Virus record (IMG/VR): IMGVR_UViG_3300037484_000776
Span: 1-64,000 of that record
DNA: 64,000 bases
DNA from: a virus
Taxonomy: Duplodnaviria > Caudoviricetes
Direction: 5' to 3' (one strand)
The notes under the pieces are model-generated. The model was not told where the DNA came from and did no database searches. It saw only the letters and a list, made by a program, of their open reading frames with translations. Shown piece after piece: positions 53,320-61,869 of this stretch. How positions within the stretch are numbered: the stretch's first letter is position 1; every line of letters begins with the position of its first letter. The position numbers and the translations under genes were made by a program.

Positions 53320-56300
53320 TCTGTTACCTCTTCATCAATGTCATCTATAATAGTTTCCTCTGGTTCAGAAACCTGAACCAACTCTTTGGATTTCTCCAAG
53401 GCTTCCTCTACCTGCTCCTTAGTAAAGCTACCTCCTATTTCTATTTGCCTACCCCAAGAATCAGAACTAACAGAAAAGTCAGCAGACATTGGCACCGTAT
53501 GACCAGGAGGGGTGACGGACATGATCTCTTTCAACATACAACAATAATCGTAAGCAGCCGCTCTTGGCACACTGGAAGCTAGCTCATCATAGACCGGGGC
53601 TATCATATATGAATCTGTCATAGTAAACAGCTTACGCCTATATGCCTCACTCATAGTCACCTTCAAAATATCAGCAGCACAACCTTGAATCGTGTAATTG
53701 ATTGCCTGCCTCTCGTTACGCATCCTCACACCGTCATCCTTGGAGAAGATGCCGTTACCGATATGCCTTCTGTTACCGTAGGCCGTCTGCGTGTAGCCAT
53801 TCCTCTTTGCAAACTCTATAGTCTCCTGTTGCCAAGGCTGTAGACGGGAGTACTTAGCAAAGGTAGCGTTCATGAACATCTTCGCTTGTTCTGCCGGGAT
53901 CATAAGCCGACGGGCTAGAGTAGTATGCCCTCCCCCATATATCATAAGGAAATTCAAAGCCTTAGCCATCTTCCTTGCCAACTTGGCTAGCTTCGCCACT
54001 TCAACATCCTCTCCATTCAACAAGCCAAGGTAACTGTAGTAGTCAACACTACTGACCCCTAGCTTACCAAGCATCTCAGGATAACGGGTCCTTACTACAT
54101 CCATAAAAATAGCCGAAGCTGTAACTGAGTGGATGTCCTTTCTATCTTCACTAAGATAAGCATCAAGCATTGCCGGGTCCTTAGACTCGCTTGCCGTCAA
54201 CCTAATCTCTTGACCATTGAAGTCAGCCGAGATAATCACATGGTCATCAAGCCGAGGTCTAACACAGCTACGGAAAGCCCCTCCATCGTTCTTTGTCAAC
54301 TGCAATAGATTGGGAGAACTACTAGTCGGCCTCCTGGTCACCGTCCCGTCGTTTATAATACTTCCATGTATACATCCATCAGCAGGGTGAACCCACAAAG
54401 GGTAGGGTCTGTAGAACAGGGACTGAGCCGTGGTACAGCGCTTAATCGTTCTATAATTTGATAAGGCTGCGTGCCTCCAATCATCTTCACTTGTGATGTC
54501 TTCAGCGAACGCCATGGCGATTGCATCTGCATCTGTACTAGGGGAACCAGACAGCCCAAACTTCTCCCTGGTGGAACCGTGAGCTACCTTTGAGCGAACC
54601 CTGATCGGCAAGCCCAACATAGAGTACAGGAAGGCTTGCATCTGCTGAGGAGATCCTATATTAAGGTCTGACCCCACAACTTCTTCCTTGTCCTGAATCC
54701 CTAAGAACCCTTTGCACCAAGCTACGAACTGATCGTAAGCAGCCCCTTCTCTCTTTAAGATGGCGTTCGAATGTGTCCCGACCATCTCGAAGAACCTTGC
54801 CATTTCTGTAAGGTTAGGGACTTGCTTAAGATCCGCGTCAACTATGGTGTCGTTATTTATCGCACACCACTCCATAAGATCCTTCTTCGTCACCTTCTCT
54901 ATCTTGGTAAATCCCAACCTGTCCGTTATCTTGGCAAGCATAGTTGCGGTTGGCTTAAAGTCTGCCGGGGTTACCTTTACCTGTTTCGTAGTATAAGCAC
55001 TATTAGCAAAGGTCTTTTCCCAGAAGACCTTCATCTTGTCAGCCAAGCCTTTCTTCTCTTCTTCGTCAAGCTCGTTAAGATTACGGTCCTTGAGCAGCTT
55101 CTTTTCTTCCATGAGCCACTGGTCCTGAAACAATTCTGTGGCCCTTTCAGCAGATGGAGTTTGGCAATTCTTTTCAAGCAACTCCCTTAGCTCAGCATCA
55201 GCCATTTCCTTGCTCTCAGCATCTCTCTTGGCAAGAACCTGCATCCGCTCTACATCGAAGTTGATGCCAGACAAGAACTGCCTTGCCTGCTCATGCACAA
55301 ACTCGAAGTCCCTATCCCTGGTAAATTCCCAAGTGCCCTCCAAGGCTTGAACGAACCACATAAGATCAAAGAGATGGGCAGTAGCTAGAGAGTCCTCTGT
55401 ACCGTAAGACAGCACTTGGCTTGCCTTACAACCTGCCATATCCTCAGCGCCAGCTGACTTCAACGTATCCTCATAAGAGGACTGGTAAAACCCCAGATGA
55501 CCCTTGCTTTGGCTCTTCAGCCCCAACTGCTCATCTTCCCAGCAAGCTGATGCCATCAGTTTGGTATCGTAGATGGTAGGAATCTCTTCCAGAACTCCGT
55601 TAATCAGGGTAACTAGGTATTCAAACGCAGCGTTATGGGCAACTAGGGGCTTTCCTGCTGCAATAGCGGTCTGTAGTATCCATCGGATGTAGGATAAAGG
55701 AGCATTGTCACTATCCTTGTGGTCAACGGTTACGTAAGCCACCTTCTCGTGGTTAGCTCCCCAAGTAAAACTCATCCCTGTAATTTCTTGAGACAGTACA
55801 TCAACGAACTCTCCACCGGAACGCTTGGCCTCCAGGAAAGCCTTGTGCTTTAGCTTGTCGGTAGATTCATAGTCAAAGGCTATGAACGGAGTTTCTTCCA
55901 AAGTACTCTTAAAATCTGCCAAGACTTCCTTTGCGTCAGCCATGCCCACCAACTTGGGTAGCGCTATGAACTTGCTGACCTTCTCCCTAAGTTGCTTAGA
56001 ATTGCTCAGGTTACGTAGAGCCTCACTCAGCGTACCGAAACTAGGAACCTGCTTGGTCCACTCAAGTTCAACTGTTTTGCTGCCCTTTACTCCCTCAGCA
56101 AGTTCCGGGTGCAGCTTAGCCAACAGATACTGCAACTCCCACTCAGCCTTCTGAGTTAGCAAGGTTGATAGCCACTCATCCTCTGTAGCCTTCGCCGCTT
56201 GCTTTAGAGTATCCCAGTCCCTCGTTCTTACGATGGCGTCCAGCTGCTCCATTCCATCCAACCCATAGGTGGATGCCAGCTTCTCCCAAGCCTTTGGCCC

Positions 56301-56909
56301 AAAGCCTTGGACACCTGGGTAACCGTCACTAGTATCGCCAACCAAAGATTTATAAACCGTAACTAAATTATCTGGCAGGCCCTTGAAAGCCTTTTCTGAA
56401 TCTCCGTTTATAGACACGCTGATGGTGTCTCCCAACGTGCGGCAGGCGATCAAGTCGTTGTCAATAGAGTGGACAACTATTGGACACTGCTTAGATAGTT
56501 TGATAGCAAGGTAAGCCACCAAATCGTCAGCTTCTTGCCCCTCAAGTCTAACCTGAGTAACACCTATAGAGGTGAGAAACTTCTCAACCCTTGCCAAATA
56601 CTTCTCCTTGTCTTCCTTAATACCCTCTTCTTCCTTATCGTGAGCATCGGTACGACGCTTCTTGTAATCAGTGTAAAGATTCTTGCGGTACTCGTTACCG
56701 GCATCCCATACTGCTATCATGTCCCTTGGGGCGGACTGATAAGCCTCTAGGATAGGGGATATAAACTTATCGAAAATTGCACTTAGCCCATTTTCGTGAT
56801 TGATAGTCTTGTCTTTTTCTCCGTTAGCAAGAATACCAGTATTAGGTGTAGAGTACGCCGAGTTAAGGGCTAGGCCCTTAATGTCCAACAGATGAATTAT
56901 TTTGTGCAT
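53316..56909 (-). CDS. polA: Family A DNA polymerase with 5'-3' and 3'-5' exonuclease domains
   Basis: EADD and GDTSDGYPGV (5' exo); FDYES, HNAAFE and YGTED (3' exo); motif A DFNGQEIR, motif B RKMAKALNFLMIYG, motif C VYDE. Confidence 0.95.
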   Translation of the reverse strand: MHKIIHLLDIKGLALNSAYSTPNTGILANGEKDKTINHENGLSAIFDKFISPILEAYQSAPRDMIAVWDAGNEYRKNLYTDYKKRRTDAHDKEEEGIKEDKEKYLARVEKFLTSIGVTQVRLEGQEADDLVAYLAIKLSKQCPIVVHSIDNDLIACRTLGDTISVSINGDSEKAFKGLPDNLVTVYKSLVGDTSDGYPGVQGFGPKAWEKLASTYGLDGMEQLDAIVRTRDWDTLKQAAKATEDEWLSTLLTQKAEWELQYLLAKLHPELAEGVKGSKTVELEWTKQVPSFGTLSEALRNLSNSKQLREKVSKFIALPKLVGMADAKEVLADFKSTLEETPFIAFDYESTDKLKHKAFLEAKRSGGEFVDVLSQEITGMSFTWGANHEKVAYVTVDHKDSDNAPLSYIRWILQTAIAAGKPLVAHNAAFEYLVTLINGVLEEIPTIYDTKLMASACWEDEQLGLKSQSKGHLGFYQSSYEDTLKSAGAEDMAGCKASQVLSYGTEDSLATAHLFDLMWFVQALEGTWEFTRDRDFEFVHEQARQFLSGINFDVERMQVLAKRDAESKEMADAELRELLEKNCQTPSAERATELFQDQWLMEEKKLLKDRNLNELDEEEKKGLADKMKVFWEKTFANSAYTTKQVKVTPADFKPTATMLAKITDRLGFTKIEKVTKKDLMEWCAINNDTIVDADLKQVPNLTEMARFFEMVGTHSNAILKREGAAYDQFVAWCKGFLGIQDKEEVVGSDLNIGSPQQMQAFLYSMLGLPIRVRSKVAHGSTREKFGLSGSPSTDADAIAMAFAEDITSEDDWRHAALSNYRTIKRCTTAQSLFYRPYPLWVHPADGCIHGSIINDGTVTRRPTSSSPNLLQLTKNDGGAFRSCVRPRLDDHVIISADFNGQEIRLTASESKDPAMLDAYLSEDRKDIHSVTASAIFMDVVRTRYPEMLGKLGVSSVDYYSYLGLLNGEDVEVAKLAKLARKMAKALNFLMIYGGGHTTLARRLMIPAEQAKMFMNATFAKYSRLQPWQQETIEFAKRNGYTQTAYGNRRHIGNGIFSKDDGVRMRNERQAINYTIQGCAADILKVTMSEAYRRKLFTMTDSYMIAPVYDELASSVPRAAAYDYCCMLKEIMSVTPPGHTVPMSADFSVSSDSWGRQIEIGGSFTKEQVEEALEKSKELVQVSEPEETIIDDIDEEVTE

Positions 56910-56914
56910 TCTTT

Positions 56915-57307
56915 TTACACCGTCTGTAAATTATCTATGAAGTCGGACAATTCCTTAACTTTACTATAGGGGAGCTCCCAGATAGTTTTGTAATTGTCCC
57001 CCTCTTTTTTATTCTCTGAAAGCTTTCTCAGCTTTTTAGATACTAAGTTTCTAGTTCTTTCTTCTCTCATAGAATCTAGCTTCTCTTTAGTAGCTTCTTC
57101 CAAGTAATCACTGTAGTACCTGCTGCCACCTATCATTCTTCCTGTTTGCCTATTGAACTTACACTCTTGTTTTTCAAGAACTATTTGAGTCTTAGTTACA
57201 CGCTCAACTTTACACACCCTTTGACTTTTTCCTGTTATAACTAGATCGCCTATCTCTAGGCTCTCTAACCACGTGCCCATATTATTCTCCCCTTCTATAG
57301 ACAGCAA
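56915..57307 (-). CDS. Hypothetical protein
   Basis: 130 aa; probable start at the internal MGTWLE (GAAGGGGAG RBS). Confidence 0.6.
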   Translation of the reverse strand: MLSIEGENNMGTWLESLEIGDLVITGKSQRVCKVERVTKTQIVLEKQECKFNRQTGRMIGGSRYYSDYLEEATKEKLDSMREERTRNLVSKKLRKLSENKKEGDNYKTIWELPYSKVKELSDFIDNLQTV

Positions 57308-57335
57308 AAGGCCAGGCAGCTTTCGCTGCCTGACC
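57306..57335 (-). terminator. Intrinsic terminator after the SSB-like gene
   Basis: Minus strand CAGGCAGC-GAAA-GCTGCCTG-GCC-TTTTG. Confidence 0.8.
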
Positions 57336-57351
57336 TATCTAACTTCCCTTG

Positions 57352-58362
57352 TTACAGACCGAAATCGCTCAACTTAGCGACAAAGCTAAAGTTCCAAGGC
57401 TCAAACGGCCACTTGCCCGAAGTGATCTTGGCACCAACAGAGATGCGGGTAACCACTTCGCTACTGGAAGACCGACGGGACAGCTTAACCCCGGCAAGAT
57501 AGCCCGAGTAACGGCTGATCGAGGTCTGAGGGATGGACAACAGAACCATCTGCTCAAGCTCTGGGGTCCAGTTACCTTGGCCGTCCTGCACCCACTTAAC
57601 CATCTGGGCCGGAACATCTATGTACTTGCGATCAACCGGCTTAGACCAGCCCTTGGAAGTCCACTCTGCAAGGATTGCGTCAACCGGCTTTCCAGTGGTC
57701 GTCGTAACCTTGTCATAGGTGTAGAAGAACTCAGGGGCGTTTTGCTCATCGTTGCACTTCACGATGTACTTCACCTTGCTGGGGTAGCAAACGGCGTCAA
57801 AGGAAGTCCCGTACTCATTTCCATCGGAAGACTGGAACCGACCGCGGTCCAGCTTCAGGTAGGGAAAGCTACCATATCCCATCTCCAGCCCTTCGTGACC
57901 ATCTTCCTCAAGGGCCGACATAACGTCGCCGGACTGCAAGGACATCTGGGTACTAGGGGCGTTGTAGCGAGCCATTGCGGCCGCCGGAGGGGGAGGAGGG
58001 GTAGACGCCTGCTGCTCTTCAACAACAACCTCTACAGGCTTCTCAGGAGCCGGAGCAACAGGAGCCTGCTGCATGGGGGCCGGAGCAACAGGCTGCTGCT
58101 GGGGAAGCCCCTTCGGAGCACTGGGGGCGGGGCCAGCAGCAGGCCGGGAAGGAGGAGGGGAAACGGCACCAGGGCCTCCGACGGGGGCAGGGCCTCCAAG
58201 TCCGCGGGGAGCAGCATTAGGTAGCTTAGGCGGAGTGGAAGGAGCTGGGCCGATCGGGGGCTTAGGGGCACCGTTTCCCATCGGAAGGGACTCGATAGCG
58301 TCACCGGTAAGAGGATCAATGTCTTGGATTTCGGACTTACGAAGACCAGGAATAAGGCTCAC
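57352..58362 (-). CDS. Pro-rich N-terminal protein, possible ssDNA-binding or recombination mediator
   Basis: 336 aa; ~135-aa P/A/G-rich arm and an aromatic beta-rich C-domain; lies between helicase and polA; high-expression codon bias; own terminator. Confidence 0.6.
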   Translation of the reverse strand: MSLIPGLRKSEIQDIDPLTGDAIESLPMGNGAPKPPIGPAPSTPPKLPNAAPRGLGGPAPVGGPGAVSPPPSRPAAGPAPSAPKGLPQQQPVAPAPMQQAPVAPAPEKPVEVVVEEQQASTPPPPPAAAMARYNAPSTQMSLQSGDVMSALEEDGHEGLEMGYGSFPYLKLDRGRFQSSDGNEYGTSFDAVCYPSKVKYIVKCNDEQNAPEFFYTYDKVTTTTGKPVDAILAEWTSKGWSKPVDRKYIDVPAQMVKWVQDGQGNWTPELEQMVLLSIPQTSISRYSGYLAGVKLSRRSSSSEVVTRISVGAKITSGKWPFEPWNFSFVAKLSDFGL

Positions 58363-58437
58363 AATATTTACCTATATAGTTGACAATTTGGTTGATGGTT
58401 AATTGGGATGGTTGGTTGGTTAAAACGATCATTTACT

Positions 58438-58536
58438 TTACTTTCTGGCTAATCTCCTGGCGATTACTATTCTCTTAACTGTGCGGCTCTGCTTCTTAGC
58501 AGCCTTGCGTGTATTGCTTCGTGTATATGTCTTCAT
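58438..58536 (-). CDS. 32-aa highly basic peptide (not in ORF track)
   Basis: Hand-translated MKTYTRSNTRKAAKKQSRTVKRIVIARRLARK. Confidence 0.4.
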   Translation of the reverse strand: MKTYTRSNTRKAAKKQSRTVKRIVIARRLARK

Positions 58537-58547
58537 AGTGTTACTCT

Positions 58548-59075
58548 TTAAATCGTTTTGGATTTTCCGTGGCGTTCCGTAAAGATGCCAGTTTCTTCTT
58601 GAGCTTGTTGGCGGGCTTTGATGGCTTCTTCAAGAGAGTCAAAACAGCCGATATATCTCAGCTTTCCATTTTGTCTTATACTGGCCTGCCATCTATTGTC
58701 GCCTTTATGCCAAGAAACTCCCGTGCACCCAGATTCATTGTTACTATACATTCTCTTATTGCAAACATTTTCTCGGTGAGTTATATCCCTCAGATTGTCC
58801 CACCTGTTATCGTCCTTAACTCCGTTAAGGTGGTCTATCTCGTGATCAGGCCATTTCCCAGTAACTAGGAACCAAATCAAACGGTGGGTTGAATTTTTGC
58901 GACGCCCTATCGTTACTTGCCTATAGCCGTTAGGATTCAGAGTGCCTACTTCCTCCCCTACCTTATGATAGGCCCTTCCAGTGCCCATAGTATGCCGGGC
59001 TACCAGCTTCCCAGTCTCAGGAAAATAAACAAAGAGTTCGTTCAACAACTCAGCAGTCAATTTCTCTATATTCAT
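58548..59075 (-). mobile_element. HNH-AP2 homing endonuclease gene
   Basis: THRLIW, IDHLNGVKDDNRWDNLR and SGCTGVSW...WQASI AP2-like tail. Confidence 0.9.
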
Positions 59076-59079
59076 TATC

Positions 59080-61869
59080 TCATTCTCCTAGAAGCTCTTT
59101 GAGCATGGTGCTCTTATCTCCCTGGACTTCTTCGTTAACTTTGAACCTTCCTAACATAGTGTCAATGCGTTTCGGCAAAACTGTTTCAACTACCTCCGGT
59201 AAATAAATACTTACCACTTTCTTTTGCCCCTTTCTATGGACCCTGCCGCAAGCCTGGATGAAGGAGCCAGGTATTGATGTAGGCTCCAAGAAAGCGATAT
59301 ACCTACAAACTCCCTGGAGATTCAGCCCAGTTCCCCCTGACCTTGGATGAGCAATCATCACACTGCAATTACTATCGCTCAAGAACTTTGCTACTTCTTC
59401 TGTGGTGTTTGCCGTAGAGTTCACAACCGCGACATCGTATTCCTTTAACCAATTCTTTCGGACGTGATCTATGGTCGCTATAAAATGAGCAAAGATGACT
59501 ATCTTTTCGCCGTGGCCTATACCTAAACTTTCTAGCAATGTCATTAACCATTCACGAACTGTGTTTTCAGCCTTGAAATCTGGGTCTACCACTTCCGGGA
59601 CAACAGCCATCTGAGCAGCCATCATACGTAATCTTTGTTGACTCGAAAAGTCCAGCACCATTTCTTCTGTGGCTATTACCATTTCCTTAATTATCTTCTT
59701 ATATGCCTTTAAATGCTCTTGCCCTAAGATTATCCTTGACCTTATTATGTGTGGCTTATCTAATGGGAAAAGCTGCTCAACTCTTAATCGTCTTGAATTA
59801 ACGTATAAATTATGATTTAGTAAACCAAGTTCCTTATACCCGATGATTGTCTCGAACTGGTATGATCTTCCGTCTGCGCTTTCCTTCCTAAACTCGACCG
59901 TATCCAAATGAATTTTCCTAAACGCTTGGTTATCCGTATATGCTCTTGGGTTGGTCAGTGAAATTATTCCGTAAAGGTCTGCTATGTTATTACTGGCTGG
60001 CGTTCCAGACATGCACAATAGCCCTGCTCCACCGTTTTCCGCGTCGTTATACTTAACAAAAGTCTTTACTTTCTTATACAACTTACTTGTTGAGTTCGAG
60101 ATTCCTAATAGATGACACTCATCAATAACCATTGCCCGATAGTGTTTAACTAGCCTATCCGCAACACCAAGATACCGAGCCGCGGATAATAACAGGATGT
60201 CTGGAAATCCGCTAGCGTTCCACCCATCAAACAGGTCTTCCAAGCTATTGCATTTTCTAATCGCAGAGACCGCTCCGATAGAGCAACCGTAAAGCTCTGC
60301 TATCCTAGACATTGACATTTCGCCCGGAGCAAGCGCCCTTATAGCCTGCACTTCCTTTGGCAAAAAAGGAACGTCCTCTAGCCTCTTCATCTTTATGCAG
60401 GTCTGGTACAAAGACTCCGGTATCTTTTGCTCCCTCAAAGTAACCTCTTTGCTAATCTTTGTGTGGTAATCCCTTAACACAAGTTGTGCTTTCTTCTTAC
60501 CGATCTTTATAGGCAAAGGAGAAGCCGTTAGGGTGTGAATATTAAACCGATCGGCTACCCCCGGAAAGAATACCTCAAACGCATCCCTTAGTTGTGCCAA
60601 CAACACCGGAGGCATGATGGCTATGCACTTATTTCCGAAGGCTGCGTTTGCCAACATAAATCCCATAGCCGGGAGGGTTTTGCCACAGTTCCCAGTTACA
60701 AAAATATACCCGTTCCTTCTAAGTACTAAATAGCCTTTAGGCACTGTAAAACAATAAACGTCAGCCTCTCCTTCTATCTTAGTTATATTTTCTTTCCTTG
60801 GCATTACATAAGGAGATTGGGTCCCTCTTGATTTAACATCATAAGTTGCATTACCCTTATCTGGTCTGTCACTCTTTGACAAACTCGACGCTATTCCTTG
60901 AGTAGCAATAACAAACTGTATGAAGTCGGAGCTTTCCTTTGAGGTTGAGCAAAAACTACTACCTCTTCCATTTACTGCCTTAGATCCATCCCAATGAGGA
61001 AACTCCTCAAATACCACAGTCCTTTGTTTACTGCTTATACCCCAGTAGTCAGACCCAAATTTCTTTTCTCTTCTAGGAGCAGAAAAAGACACTCTGAAAA
61101 ATCCCTCCGGTAAGCAGGGTCTACAAGTGTAAGGTATTTCTGCCTTATCTAAAAGTTCCTTTATTCTCGTCAGTTTCCGTTCCTTTTTAAGTCGCAATAT
61201 CACAGTGTTGCAGTTGTTAGGGAAATATCCATCAGCTATTACGGCTACCATAATCCTTAGTTGGTCGTCTGTTAGAAACTCTTTTCCTTCCATTGGTAAA
61301 TTAAATACAGTTGGTATTCTACGATCTATCTTATATCCATCGTCCAACAATGATTCAGCTAACATTGTTTTCCAATATGTCCTATCTCCTAATCCTCTTC
61401 TATCGTCTCTAGCTTTATTAGCTAAGTTTACTTTTACTAATACCTTATGATCCGGACTAAGAAGTTGATCTGTACCCCTCGACCCTTTTATAGATACCAA
61501 ATAAGGTGCCCTTTCCTTTACATATCTAAAAGGTCTACAAAAAGAGGCGGTGTCCGTTTCTATATCATACTGGCAAACCAAAACTCCCTCTTCATATTGG
61601 TCTATTCTCTTCCAACCAGTTGGAGATAAATATTCGGTATCTCCAGATACACAGCCGCACTCGTCTAACAGCCCGAACTTCCCCTTCAGCAAAGCCCCGT
61701 TTAATGCTGTGATCTGATGAGGCATAATATGAAAGGGCTCGCCGAACATCATGTCCGGCATCTTGATGCCCTTGAGAATGGCGGGCACATCCGGTATGCC
61801 CGCCGCCTGTAGATAGCCCTCCAGCGTCCATGCTGGAGAAATATCTTCCGCAAGGTTACTATTGACCAT
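59080..61869 (-). CDS. SNF2/SF2 helicase, intein-containing
   Basis: Reconstituted Walker A DECG/CGKT, DECH, SGTP, GGTGLNL and QACGRVHRKGQ. Confidence 0.92.
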   Translation of the reverse strand: MVNSNLAEDISPAWTLEGYLQAAGIPDVPAILKGIKMPDMMFGEPFHIMPHQITALNGALLKGKFGLLDECGCVSGDTEYLSPTGWKRIDQYEEGVLVCQYDIETDTASFCRPFRYVKERAPYLVSIKGSRGTDQLLSPDHKVLVKVNLANKARDDRRGLGDRTYWKTMLAESLLDDGYKIDRRIPTVFNLPMEGKEFLTDDQLRIMVAVIADGYFPNNCNTVILRLKKERKLTRIKELLDKAEIPYTCRPCLPEGFFRVSFSAPRREKKFGSDYWGISSKQRTVVFEEFPHWDGSKAVNGRGSSFCSTSKESSDFIQFVIATQGIASSLSKSDRPDKGNATYDVKSRGTQSPYVMPRKENITKIEGEADVYCFTVPKGYLVLRRNGYIFVTGNCGKTLPAMGFMLANAAFGNKCIAIMPPVLLAQLRDAFEVFFPGVADRFNIHTLTASPLPIKIGKKKAQLVLRDYHTKISKEVTLREQKIPESLYQTCIKMKRLEDVPFLPKEVQAIRALAPGEMSMSRIAELYGCSIGAVSAIRKCNSLEDLFDGWNASGFPDILLLSAARYLGVADRLVKHYRAMVIDECHLLGISNSTSKLYKKVKTFVKYNDAENGGAGLLCMSGTPASNNIADLYGIISLTNPRAYTDNQAFRKIHLDTVEFRKESADGRSYQFETIIGYKELGLLNHNLYVNSRRLRVEQLFPLDKPHIIRSRIILGQEHLKAYKKIIKEMVIATEEMVLDFSSQQRLRMMAAQMAVVPEVVDPDFKAENTVREWLMTLLESLGIGHGEKIVIFAHFIATIDHVRKNWLKEYDVAVVNSTANTTEEVAKFLSDSNCSVMIAHPRSGGTGLNLQGVCRYIAFLEPTSIPGSFIQACGRVHRKGQKKVVSIYLPEVVETVLPKRIDTMLGRFKVNEEVQGDKSTMLKELLGE
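60688..61653 (-). mobile_element. 322-aa intein with LAGLIDADG-type endonuclease in the helicase Walker A
   Basis: DECG/CVSGDTEYLS...VIADG...PHWDG...VYCFTVPKGYLVLRRNGYIFVTGN/CGKT. Confidence 0.93.

Noticed and set aside
57349-58402. 291-aa and 109-aa + strand ORFs
   Set aside because: Shadows of the Pro-rich minus-strand gene, which has the codon bias and terminator
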